From contig CM060734.1 in NCBI GenBank assembly GCA_030704615.1, positions 7,192,001-7,256,000 on the forward strand: DNA of 64,000 nt, in the 5' to 3' direction. The position numbers and the translations under genes are program-made. Below, piece by piece: positions 25,645 to 38,330 of the stretch (positions are counted from its first letter, which is position 1; each line of letters begins with the position of its first letter). The notes beneath the pieces were generated by a model that worked only from the letters and a program-made list of their open reading frames with translations, was not told where the DNA came from and made no database searches. The stretch comes from Takakia lepidozioides. Lineage: Eukaryota; Plantae; Bryophyta.

Positions 25645-27991
25645 TTGGATGCCACTCCTTCTGTTTTTTTGCAAGAAAGATTAAGGGAATTGGTACGGGA
25701 AGAAGATCAATCACGAGGTGAAAGATCTGAGGTACATCCCTGGATAAAAGATTTGACAGAAATCTTTGATAAGAGTTGGCATGGAACACCAAAAGCAGGA
25801 ACTCCAGTTTCTGAATCGGAAGGTGAAGAAGGAGGAGAGGATGTGGCAGAGCCAACGGAGAGTTCAGACTCTCCAACACCATTGCAGTTGAGTTACATGA
25901 GTGAAGAAGAAACCCAAGGGCAGAACTTGGAGGATGAAAACAGAGAGAAGAAATTGGAAGAGGAAGAGTATGAAGAAGTAGACCCAACAGCTGAGGTTGA
26001 GACTACAACCAGGACATCCCAACCCGTTGGACCTGGATCAAGTGGAGCACTTGGTCACAGGCCAACGAAGGTGTCGGCTCAGGGGGATCAGGCGGGCTGC
26101 CTGGATCTGGCTCTGGGGGGACAGGGAGTGTGGGAAGTAGTGCAACGGAAGCTGGGAATACTGTGAATATCGTGGGGCCAGTAGCAGGGAGTGCTCAAGG
26201 GCCACCACTTGGTGAAAGATCCACCATAACAACAACAGGTCCTGAAGGACCAGCACCAGCAAGGGTGCCAGTACCTGTCAGTGGGCAGAAGGTAGGGCCA
26301 CAGATGGCGTTACAACCAACACGGGCAAAACCACCTTTTCCAATATATTCAGGAAAAGGGGATCCCGATGTACACATTAGCCAATTTGAGCACATGTGTA
26401 TAGTGAACAATGAGAATGGCGATGATGCCAAGATGAGATTGTTTCCTTGTTCACTTATCAAAAAAGCAAGTGAATGGTATGCAAGATTCCCTGATAATCA
26501 TTTCCTAACCTGGAATGGCTTGAATACAACATTCCGAAATGGGTTCAGGACAAGTAAAACTGAGGATGAAGTGTATGGAAGTTTACAACAGTTAAAGCAA
26601 AAGAAGCATGAAACTGTTGAGGAGTATATGGAAAAGATGGAATTGATGATGAAAAAGCTGGCTGCAGTACTAGCACCAGGTTTACAGAAGACTTGGTTTG
26701 TGAGTGGATTAAGACCAGAGTTGCAAAAGAAAGTGGATATGTTACCCCATAATACATTGGAGGAGGCATTTGAAATTGCAAACAGAATTGAGCAATTGGG
26801 AATGCTCAGGAGAGAGAAAAAGGAGGAAGAGGACTCTAAGGATGAGTCAGATGAAGAAGAAGAGCAAGAACTAAAAAGGAAGAGTAAGAGAAAGGAGAAG
26901 TTGAAAAGGGATAACTATGAGAAAAGATTTGAAGAAATCTTGAAGAAGTATGCCACAGAGGCTGCAACACATTGGAGGAAGGGTGTATGGTGTGCAAAGT
27001 GCTAGAATGAAGGCCATACCACCACAGAATGCCACATGAAGGAGAAACATTGTACTATCTGTAAAATGGATAACCATTCTACTGAGAATTGTTACTACAA
27101 CAGAAGGACAGTTGCAAGAGAACCTAGGCAAGTAAGGGTGCATCAGGTGCAGCCCCAGCCAAGAAGAAACAATGATCATGACCACTATGGTAGGTCTGGT
27201 GGTTATAACAATGGCATGGAAGGAGAGGTAATTCAAGAGGGAATTACCAAGGAAATTCCAGAGGCAACTATCAGGGTAATCCAAGGGGGAACTACCAACC
27301 CGGGAATCAGGATTACAGAAATAATCCAAGAGCAGACCAAGGGCGAGGACCCAATGGTGAAGAACTATGTTACTATTGTAATCAGCCAGGACATCGCAAG
27401 GCAACCTGTTCATTCTGGATAAGACACCAGAATGAGATGAGAGCTCCTGTGAATGAGGGCCCAATGGTGGCAGCTCACATGGTTAGGCCATGTGTTGTAC
27501 CAGAAGTAAGTACAATGATAATAACCAGAAGCAAAGCCAAATTAATACCTCCAGTAGTTGAGGAAGATGATGATAATGAAGGTGGCAGTGATATGCCTGA
27601 AGATGAAGAGACTTGGAAAGATGAGAAAGAACTGCACAAGGAAGTGGCAGATACCATAAGGGAAATGCAGAAGAGTACTGATATTCCTGTGGCAGATTCC
27701 TCTGATTCTGATGGAGAAGAAGAAGTGAGTGAGGATGAAAGGAAGAAAGAAGATGCAGACATGCAAAGTAATGAAGAGACTTTGGCTGAAGTAATATGCC
27801 AGACCAAAGCAGAGATTACCATTGGACAGCTATTGGCTGTGGCACCTTATTGTAGGCACAGGCTGTATCAAGCAATCAATCAAATTGCCCAGGAGACAGG
27901 AAACACAGACCTGAATAGCAAGGTGACCAGTTATAATGTGAAGCCGGAAGAGCGAGAAACAGTCATGGACTTGATGATTCTATGCCAGTAA
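25645..27991 (+). CDS. Gag (capsid plus zinc knuckles), frameshifted
   Basis: YSGKGDPDVHI...LFPCSLIKKASEWY...LKQKKHETVEEY...FVSGLRPEL. Knuckles CAKC*NEGHTTTEC, CTICKMDNHSTENC and CYYCNQPGHRKATC. Confidence 0.9.
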
Positions 27992-30900
27992 TCCAATTGA
28001 GAATTGGAAGCACAGAACTAACTGATGTACTGATAGATGGAGGTTCTGGAGTAAATATCATGACAGACCAATTAAGGAAGGAGCTTGGTCTAAGTAACAT
28101 GAAACCAGCCCCATTTACAATAACAATGGCAGATCAAAGAAGTGTACAACCATTGGGATTAATAAGAGGAGTTAAGATACAGATACAGAAGATGATCTTT
28201 ATGATCACGGTAACTGTGTTGAAGATGGATGAAGTCATGGAGGCTTACTCCTTATTATTGGGACGTCCGTGGCTGAAACAGGCCAGGGTATTCCATGACT
28301 GGAATTCTCAGTTACTAACCGTGCATAATGGGATACACGAGATGCAAATTACCACAAAGAAATCTAGTAGATTACCTGCTACGAGAAGACCTCGAGGGGT
28401 CAGAGAGTATGACTGGATGAGGAGCAGGAAGCTACCTTGTTTGCAGCACACCCAGAGTGGGAGCAGGTTGCGGAGATGCGGCTGGAAAGCCTAAGTTGTT
28501 TAAGAGGTATCTGCTGTGGTGTAGTGTCAGCAACACCAACTGAAGAGGAAACCAGCAGTTACCCATCACATTTCTATGAAGAAAGAGAAGGAGAATGGAA
28601 ATCCTAGAGGAACCAGCCATGTGAGTTTACAGGATGAAGTGGTGACTGGTTGGACAATCACAGCTGATGAGCACGTGAGGGAAGTGAATGTGGGAACTAA
28701 AGAGGAACCGAGGATGGTGAAGGTAGGAGCTGATTTGGAGCTAGAATTCTTTGAAGAAGCTAAGAGCTTGTTCATCAAATACAGAGATGTATTTGCTTGG
28801 AGCTATGAGGATCTAAAAGGGATACCACCTGAAATCTGTCAGCATAAGATTGAACTGGAACCAGGGTCAGTACCAATCAAGCAGGCAAGGTACAGAATGA
28901 ATCCCAACTACGCACAGAAGGTTGGAGAAGAGATCAAGAAGTTGGCTGAGGCTAAGTTTATATACCCAATAGAGTATACAACTTGGTTGTCACCCATTGT
29001 GATAGTTCCCAAGAAGAATGGTAAACTAAGAGTATGTGTGAACTACAAGAAGCTGAATGCTTGTACGAAGAAAGATCATTTCCCTTTGCCATTCACAGAA
29101 GCAGTATTGGACACTGTGGCAGGCCATGAGATGTACTCATTCATGGATGGCTTCAGTGGTTATAATCAAGTGCAAGTGGCAGAAGAAGATCAAGGAAAGA
29201 CAGCTTTCATCACAGACTGGGTGCTTATGCATACAAAGTCATGCCCTTTGGACTTTGTAATGCACCAGCAACCTTTCAGAGAGTGATAAGTGAATCTTTT
29301 CATGAGTATCTGGATGATTTCATGCAGGTGTTCTTGGATGATTTCAGTGTGTACAGCTCTAAGAATGAGCACTTGCATAAATTGGAGTTATGTCTGGCCA
29401 GATGCAGGATGAGAGGTCTGGGCCTGAATCCAGAGAAGTGTACTTTTGTGTGAACTCAGGGGTGCTTTTGGGACACATTGTGTGTAAGAGGGGACTTCTT
29501 GTGGATCCCAGGAAGACAGAGGCCATTAAAGCCTCTCCACCACCAGTGAATGTTAAGAGTCTAAGGAGATTCCTTGGGCAAACCAGTTATTACAGAAGAT
29601 TTGTCAAAAGGTATGCACAAATAGCAGCACCATTGAGCAAGCTTCTGAAGAAAGATGCAGTGTTTGCATGGACAGCTGAATGTCAACAAGCTTTTGAGGA
29701 ACTTACACTGTCAGTAACAAGTGCTGATTAACCCTCACTGGCATGTAGTATTTCATGTTCACTGTGATGCATCAGGAGAAGCGTTGGGAGCGGTGTTAGC
29801 CCAGAATGTTACAAGAAAATAGATTCACCTGTGTACTATGCTAGCAGGTTGATGAACAGTGTTGAAAGGAACTATAGCACAACTGAAAGAGAAGCACTGG
29901 CAATGATTTATGCAGTCAAAAAATTCAGGCATTACCTATTGGGAAGAAAGTTTATGTTTTATGTGGATCACCAGGCTCTGATATATCTGGTGAACAAACC
30001 TTTGATAAGTGGAAGGATAGCGAGGTGGTTAATAATCTTGCATGAGTTTGAGTTCGAAGTTGTTTACAAGCCTGGCCGTTTGCATCTTGTGGCAGATCAT
30101 TTGTCACGACTAACAACAGGAGAGGCCGCCACAGGAGTAGACGATCAGTTACCTGATGCGAGTTATTTGTAATGGAGGTGCAAGGAAGTGCAGATGAAGG
30201 TTAGATTGGCAGTGGCCAATCAGATACTACCTTACTCATGGTCAATGCCCACCTAGTTATGGTAAGGAGCAGAGGAAGAGAATCGCTATCAAAGCTTTAC
30301 CTTATACTATGGTAGGAAGCAGAATGTATAAGCTAGGACCTGATGGAGTACTAAAACGATGCTTGTACCACCATGAAGTAAATAAAGTTTTGGAGGAAGT
30401 TCATAAAGGAGTGGCTGGAGGTCATTTTGGAGAAGAGACTACCAGTAGGAAGATACTACTCGCAGGTTACTGGTGGCCTACTTTGTTCAAAGATGTACAC
30501 AAGTATTGTCAGAGTTGTGATGAATGTCAGAGGCTAGGACCTTTGCAGAGATCTGGAAGGATGGCCTTGCATCCTACAATGCCTATGGAACCATTTCAGA
30601 AATGGGGACTAGACTTTGTTGGACGATTAACCCACCAGCCAAGAATACACGGAACAGGTACATAATTACAGCCACTGATTATACTACGAAGTGGGTGGAA
30701 GCTAAAGCTTTGAGGGACAACACAGCCAAGTCCACAGCAAGGTTCCTATATGAGAACATACTTACACGATTTGGCTGTCCCTTGGAATTTATCAGTGATC
30801 AGGGAAGTCACTTCATTAATGAGACCATTGAATTATTGACTAAAGAGTTCATGATTGTGCATAGGAAGAGTACAACATATTACCCACAGGGTAATGGACA

Positions 30901-31480
30901 GGCAGAGGCTACCAACAAAATACTATGTACTATCTTGGCTAAGATAGTCAATGCAAACAGAACGGATTGGATACAAAGCTGCTGACAGCTTTGTGGTCAT
31001 ACAGGACTTCATATAAAGTCATCACTAAGTATATACCATTCCAATTAGTTTATGGTATGGAAGCCTTACTTCCAGTGGAATTCCTGTTACCTACCATGAG
31101 AACGGAGTGGGGAAAGAGAATGGAATTGCAAGATTCCATTAAGGTCAGGAAACATGAATTATACCATGTGGAAGAAGTACGTGCTGATGCAGCTGATAAT
31201 ATGACAAGAATTCAGATGAAGAGGAAGGAACAGTTTGACGAAAATAAGTTAAAAACTTTTAAGACGGGAGATTTGGTTCTATGGTTGCAGAAGAAGGGAA
31301 AAATTAAAGCTTCTAAGCTTAAATCACCATGGAAAGGACCTTATGTCATACAAAAGATGTATGATAACAACACTGCCATGTTACAAACCATTAACAAAGA
31401 AATGCTGGGAAGAGTCAATGCCAATAAGTTAAAGGGATACAGTGGTATCCATGACAAACCATTGCAGCATGATTTGCATG
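27982..31480 (+). CDS. Pol: protease, reverse transcriptase, RNase H, integrase (frameshifted)
   Basis: LIDGGSGVN (PR); FMDGFSGYNQ, MPFGLCNAPATFQR, FLDD (RT); CDAS, YSTTEREALA (RH); GHFG..CDECQ, WGLDF, SDQGSHF, GQAE, GPY (INT). Confidence 0.95.
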
Positions 31481-31586
31481 TTGAAACGCAAGAGCAGTCA
31501 CGGGCTGCGCCAGTGTTACCAACGGAGTATGGAGCACTTGTCGCTAGGCCAAGCATATATGACCAGGGCGGGCAGAACAAACGTGA

Positions 31587-31880
31587 CACAGCCTATCACA
31601 GCCCATCAAGGCGAAACACAGCCTATCACAGTCCATCACGACGTGACACAGCCTATCACAGCCTATCAAGGCGAAACACAGCCTATCACAGCCCATCAAG
31701 GCAAAACACAGCCTATCACAGCCCAGCACGGCGCAACACAGCCTATTACAACCTACCACCGCGTGTCACAGCCTATCACAGCTTACCACAGTGCATCACA
31801 GCCTATCACAGCTTACCACAGTGCATCACAGCCTATCACAGCGTACCACAGTATGACACAACCTGTCACAGCTCAACACA
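31587..31880 (+). repeat. 30-bp tandem repeat downstream of integrase
   Basis: acagcctatcacagcc... units encoding RRNTAYHSPS / CITAYHSLPQ in the integrase frame. Confidence 0.9.
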
Positions 31881-32596
31881 GCCTACTAGGGTTACACGAT
31901 CCATAGAATCAGTGACAGGTGGACGCCCAATAACTTCAGGAAAATGGCCGACGGAAGAAAGGACGGAAACCGGTTTAAAAATAGATACGTGGAAGTCAGG
32001 GCGCGACACACAGCTGAGAAGGAAGTGCAAGAACAGGTGTCATCAAGAAAGAGGACAAAGATGGCCGTCAAAGTACCTACTTAGCGCGTCAATTCGGATG
32101 AATGGCGGGCCCATTAATGAATACGGAAAAAGGGGAACGGAACAAACAACAAGTACAGAAAAACGAAATTCTTGTCACATGTGTGATCCTAGTGGACAAT
32201 CCAGCAGGGAAAGCCCACTAAAGAAAATTAAATTTAAAATCCAGTCACAGCGGTTACAGCCAATTGAAAACCAAAAAAAGGATCAAGAAATTAAAGGGAA
32301 TTTAAGCACAAGAGTCGGCGTCGTTCTAAGTAACGGGCGTCTCGACGGGACAAACCATCAATGCTATAGCTTGGAAGCTATGGAGGAACTAACAGACTAT
32401 ACGCTCGCAATATTACTTACGCAGTGGCATAGACACGAAAGAATAGAGCGAAGCTTTTCTCTTGATCGATGCTTGCAAGCCCCGCAGGCTTACAAGAAAT
32501 TACCCATAGCTTTTTGTGGCAACCATACGTTTATGCTTTGTGCCTTGCAAGCATTTCTTCAATTGTTACAGCCAAAATATTTCTGTGGGTCTAGAA

Positions 32597-35500
32597 TGAA
32601 GAGAGTGAGAGGAATGGAGGAAATCAAGGTGAAGAGCACCACAATCCGGCAGAAACAAACGATTGCTACTCCACAGGCGGTACAGTTACTGAAGGAGCTG
32701 CGATTGCAAGGATTGCAAAGCAAAGATTGGACATTGCACCATAGACAATACATGTTACAATTCTTGCAGAACTTTGAGCCAAGGACAGGAGCAACAATGG
32801 TGAAGGGAGTTGAATTAGTAATTACTCCCCTATACCTACAGTAATTGTTTCGATTGCCAGCAGGTCAAGTGCATGTGGAGGAGCACAGGGCAAGACTGCA
32901 AATAGGGGACTTATTCCAAGAAGGGAGTTTCTTTAAAACTCAAGGTTATGCTTGTACCAAGGCCGTGTACCCAGGGCTAAGGGAGGTAGGCCAGGTATTG
33001 AACGTTCTGTTTGCCATGAAACAGAACCAGCAGTATTTGAGCAGATCCTTCACAGAAGAAATACTCAAAGCCCTGAGAGGAGAAGAGGTAGAATGGGCGG
33101 ACATAATGTACAACGCACTGGTAGAGGAGATGAAAAGATTACAGGGTACTGCCGCAAAATCTCCTATCATAGTGTCTGGCCCAATCATTGCTCAAATAAT
33201 TCTTGATTCTGGCATACTTGATGCTCGAGAAAGAAAGGAGATGGGAGTGTTTGAGCCAGAAACCACTGCAATGGAAGAGCAAGGCTCTTCACACAGTGAG
33301 GGTGGACTGGCAGGGCAACCCGAGAATAAGAGACAGAGGCGGGGAAAGACTGTAGTGGCGGATCCACTGGCTTCACGGAATCCGCATGATAATGTTTCCC
33401 AAGTTTTTGTGCAGGAAGGGGCACAGCAGCACATAGAACTGCTATTACTGGAAGCAGGACCTTCAGAGAGGGAAGAGGAAGTTACTTCAGTATCACAGCA
33501 GCCAGAGGATCGGCTTGTCACAAGGTTACCACAAGTTGTCCATGCAGTTCAACCAGAAATAATTGATTTAGAAAAGAAGGGTTAGATATTCCCACTACAG
33601 AACAGGTGGTGGCAGAAATTGAGAAGGGGGACCTTCTCTATGAATATTCTGGTATGGTCAAGGACATAGTGATTCCGGAGGTGCAACGGTTGTCCAAGGG
33701 AAACCCTGCGGTGCATATAATACACACACCTGTGAAGGAGGTACCACAGGTAGAATGTCAAAACACTGCAGCACCGGTGACGGATGAAGTGGTTCAGGAA
33801 GAAAATCTGGTGGGGCAATGGCCTGAATGGTTCGTAAGGCATCACACTGTTGAGGATCAGGGAGAACAGCAGCAAGCTCACCAAGATGACCCTCAACAGG
33901 CTATGCTTATGAGTTCCATAAGCAGGACACTGAATTTGTTGGGTACTTATGTCAAATCCCATGTTCCCACTACTCAATTGGCAGCTTTGAGGGAGGAACT
34001 CAGGAAAGATTTTGAGGCTCGACTTGCCACAGAGGCACATCCTGGAGTTGCAACAAACGGACATGGCCAATAGAAATGAAATCTCGGTCACTAACAAGGC
34101 TTGGAAGGAAGCCAATAATCTACTTGTTACCTATGCAAATTTGGTTGAACCTCATGCGAAGTGCATGGAGGCTTTACAACAGCAGTTAGATGTGTACAAA
34201 CTTAGAGAGGAGCACACTCTCAGAGGAACCACAAGCAACTTGGTGGATAACCACCTTATGCAGGTCTGGTTAGCACAAGGGCCAGTGGAGGGCAAAGCAC
34301 CACGAAAGCTCACCCAAAGCGAGATGAATGAGCTCAGGCTGCAAGTGCAGAACATTGCCACAACTACTATAGACAATGTCTATAGTAGGATAGCGGAGTT
34401 ACAGGAGGATGTAGACGGCCTGCAGACTCAAGTGGAGGACCTCACTTCAAATATCGACAAGAGAGTCTATATACCTGAGGAACAACTAATGGCTTCTTAT
34501 TTACAAGCCAGAACTTTGGCTTTTCAGTCTTCTTCACAGGAGGTGCAGGAGATGCCAATGGTACAAGAGCCAGTACCACCAACACCACAACAAGTCACTG
34601 TGCCAGTTGACCCTTTTGTTAATACAGCCACACCACAGCCACCACAGCCTGAGGTATGGGGGAATGCTGCTTTTAACCCACCTAAAACTCCAGCTGCAAG
34701 GGAGTACAGTAGGGCTATGATTATGTCCTTCAACCAAATTCCCATTGTGTTGGATTTGGCTTGGAAAGAATTTAGTCCTCCGCAATCATTAGCACATTAC
34801 TATCAAATCATGCGCATTTGGCTGCCAGTGGCAACTAGGACTAAAGTTCTTCCGAACAATCGACCAATAGAGGATCATCACTTTACACAATACTGGCATG
34901 AGGCAGGTACCATGTTGAAGGAATTAATTGCCTTCCAAGTTGTACATGGATTCATTTATACCAAGACCAAGGAGGTAGCAAGTATTGTCATGGGCTGTGG
35001 GGTATACTACGCTGCTTGTTTTCTGGTACATTACCACATTGAGCAGCACAAGATACAATCGCGCTTTCTGAGTTATTCCAGTGGGGATCATTGGGTTCTT
35101 ACCTTCAGTGCCACCTCATATGTACCTATATGAGGCAAAAGTTATGATGCAAAAGGATTCTCAAATTCGTTCATGGTTTCATGCGGCCTGGAACAATTTG
35201 TCAACACAGAAATTCGGCCCTGATGATATTTTCTTTAAGGGACATGAGGCATGGAAATACTTGCACAATTCACAAGTTATTGGTACCCCACTCACCTGGA
35301 CAGACAAGGAGCTCAGCGTCTTCACCAATTTTACCATTCAGCGTTTACAGCAAGTTTTAAAGTTTAAACTTCCAGACATGATAGGACAACATTATATGCC
35401 CCAGAGGATTCCACAAAAAGTTCGGCAGTTAAAACACTTGAGAGGCGATGAGGATTCTGATACAACTGTTTCTTCAGCGGACTCTTTTGACATGGGAGAA

Positions 35501-35719
35501 GACTATGCAATTCAGATGGCAGAGAAGAAACGACGGGGGTCTCCTATGCCTGAAAGATTACCTCGATATCAGCCTCCGGAGGGCCTTACATATCCAGGTA
35601 GTGTTCAATCATCTCCGTCAATCAGTGACAGACCTCGGGCTCGTACACACAGTCCGCCACGAAACTCTCAACGTCATAAAGGTGCTCGCTCACAAAGGTT
35701 TGCTAATCCCAATCAGTAA
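32597..35719 (+). CDS. Long extra ORF between pol and the 3' LTR (Athila-ORF/Transposase_32-like N-terminus, coiled coil), disrupted
   Basis: Successive ORFs 32597-33585, 33606-34073, 34012-35133 and 35081-35719. ELVITPLYLQ*LFRLP...GEEVEWADIMYNAL pattern. Confidence 0.65.
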
Positions 35720-35740
35720 ACCGTGAGGACACGGCTTTTT

Positions 35741-35757
35741 GAGAGGGGAAAGGGTAA
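35741..35757 (+). promoter_or_regulatory. Polypurine tract
   Basis: gagaggggaaagggtaa directly before the 3' LTR. Confidence 0.85.
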
Positions 35758-36818
35758 TGTTGGAGGACTGTCTGGGACTTAGACACTTTTACTAGATCTG
35801 TGGGGTACCCTTAATTTTTGCACAGACTGAGACCAACAGGAGCCTTAGGGGTGACAACAGCGCACTTTAGGGGGGGGGTTACACAGCCCGTCACAGCCAA
35901 CACAACCCATCACAGTCCGGCACAGCTCGTCACAGCCAACACAACCCGTCACAGTCCAACACAGCCAGTCACAGCCAACACAGCCCGTCACAGCTTCGCA
36001 CAGCCGACACAGCCCGACACAGCCACACAGCCAGTCACAGCCCGACACACCCAACACAGTCGCACAGCCAGTCACAGCCCGACACAGCCGGTCACAGCCG
36101 GTCACAGTTTCACACAGCCAGTCACAACTTGACACAGCTGTCACGACCATAGGGAATGGATAGCAGGACTGGGAACGACTGTGGGGAACAACACCTGTGA
36201 ATGGAACATGTTAGTTCACGGATGATAGTTAGTGAGGGAAACGGTTAGAACAACGGGTAGGAAGATAAATCTAGGAGCAAGGACTGGAAAAGGATGAATT
36301 CTTGGATCACTTCTTGGGGGAATCGCTGCTAGGGGGGGGACTTCGGACATCACTCGGAGAAATGAGGCAGAGAGCGTATCTCTGAGCAGAAAGAGGGAGA
36401 GCACGGAGTAGGAGGAGGACAATCTGTTGATGCTTAATGAATGCAGGCAGTAGAATTGTAATGTAGAGCAGATTAGAGACTCCATGGCTTCAGCCTGATA
36501 CTTGATAGATATTAATCTGATACACACTTCATACTCACACTATGTAGAGAGATCTGAGTGAAGCTGTGGAATGAATGGATGAGTTGATGGAATCCGATAG
36601 ATTGATGAAGCAAACTGATACATAATTATCAACAGTAAGATAACTAGCTAACATTAATGTGAGAAGGAAAACAAATAGGAAACACCCCCATGATACACTA
36701 GCTGTAGGTCATGACTGAATGTTCTGAGCGGGCTGAGTACTTAAAGATTTCCAACTCTTCTATCTTGGAGTTTCCGCCTCGGAGAGCGAAGGGATGGGTG
36801 AGTAAAAGCCGCGCGACA
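35758..36818 (+). repeat. 3' LTR
   Basis: Matches the 5' LTR; 39 bp longer, mainly in the minisatellite. Confidence 0.95.
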
Positions 36819-38328
36819 GTGTTGTCTATAAAGTTCTGATTATGCTCGTTGTAGCACTCCACTCTGATTGAGTTTTGGAGAGTTGATTGGAAACCCAGAT
36901 CCAGACCTTTGTGCATTCATGGAACATAGACATAGCATGTTGGCTGGTCTGGGCTCTTGGAATTGCAACACATGCAACTCATTCTTAAAGGCTCAAGTGT
37001 TTATGCTGATCTGGTATGTACCAAAGGTGGTGTTGGTCCCGATTGTTTTATAAGAAAAACAAGACTCCTTCAACGATGAATGACATCTGAATCTAGGGTG
37101 ATGGTTGTCTTGGAAATCCCACCCTCCCACCCTAATTTTTCATGTGTTTTCAGGAAGATGACATGAGTTTTTATCAGGTAAGATACTGCCTATGGAAGGT
37201 GAAGTTAGATAGTGCCTTGTTATGAGGCTGATTTGTCGTTAATTTGACAAAGACCTTGTTTGGTCTTGTCCATGTCCCGACAAAGACATAGTATCTTCCC
37301 TCTCTATTCTTGACCAGTGTACTTAGTGGTTTCTGTACACACGCTCTCTCTCTCTCTCACCTGCCATTTTCCAGTTTTCTTACTATGATGTACTAACACC
37401 TTAATGGCTTTTGCAGAGGTCTAGGAAAGCCACGGGGTATCAGCCCCCTATACCTCCATAACAATAGTGTGGAGCAACAAATCCCTCATAAGGTATGATG
37501 ATCCTCTCCAACAAAAATTTGTTGGCGGATTGGACAACGAGAGAAAGACATTGCTGATATTACTTGAAGAACATCTAAGGGTTTCTTGCATACTAATATT
37601 ATGAGCTAGGCCCGGGTAAAACAGCCTGTTAGAGTATGTGTGTACACCTTCTACATGATCCGGTCAATGCACATTACTCATGTTAACTGGTAACCTGTAG
37701 TTGATGCCTTATGTCAGCATCAGATCCCTTATGATGAAAAGCCTTCCCTACTCGTGGGCTTTAATACTTCTCCTGGATGTGGGTTTGCTCTTTATAGCAC
37801 CACTAAAAAAATGCCCAGGTGTAACGTGATATGTCCTTTTTTCATACCTTAAGGAAATCTGGTTTTAAAACCATAAAGCTGGCTGACATGGTGAAAAGAT
37901 AGGCAGCAGTTGGCTGCCAATGCTCTTATTCACATGTTCATGTTGTGAATCACGGGCAGCAGACTACTGCCACTGGCTGAAGAACACAAGTTCTTATTCA
38001 TACCTTTGGAAAAACGGTTCTAACCATAAAGTTGGCTGATATGGTGGAAAAATGTGCAGTGATTTACTGCCATCGGTTGAAGAACACCTGTAATTTCCGA
38101 ACTCTTGCATGCCCAGCTATATGAATGTTTTGTCCATATTCTCTCTTGACTTGGGAAGCAGAGACTGTAGCTTTTTAACCAAAGATAAAACTACATCGCA
38201 CGGAGATCCTTCCTTGGTCTCTACTTCTTTACAAGAGCTCTTGGACAAGATAAGAGGTAACATGGAAAACGCATGACTCTATATTCTTGCCAAGTTTGAT
38301 TTATGCTATGCCAATGTTCACTCGTGAT
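36819..38328 (+). repeat. Continuation of the ~3-kb repeat after the Gypsy insertion
   Basis: Reverse complement of ~18910-20420. Confidence 0.9.
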
Positions 38329-38330
38329 CT

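Larger units (their letters stand above)
23842..36818 (+). mobile_element. Full-length Ty3/Gypsy LTR retrotransposon (non-chromovirus type, with extra ORFs)
   Basis: Two ~1-kb TG...CA LTRs; 5-bp TSD GTGTT (23837-23841, 36819-36823); empty site preserved in the inverted paralog at ~20410-20427; order gag-PR-RT-RH-INT; no chromodomain seen. Confidence 0.97.
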
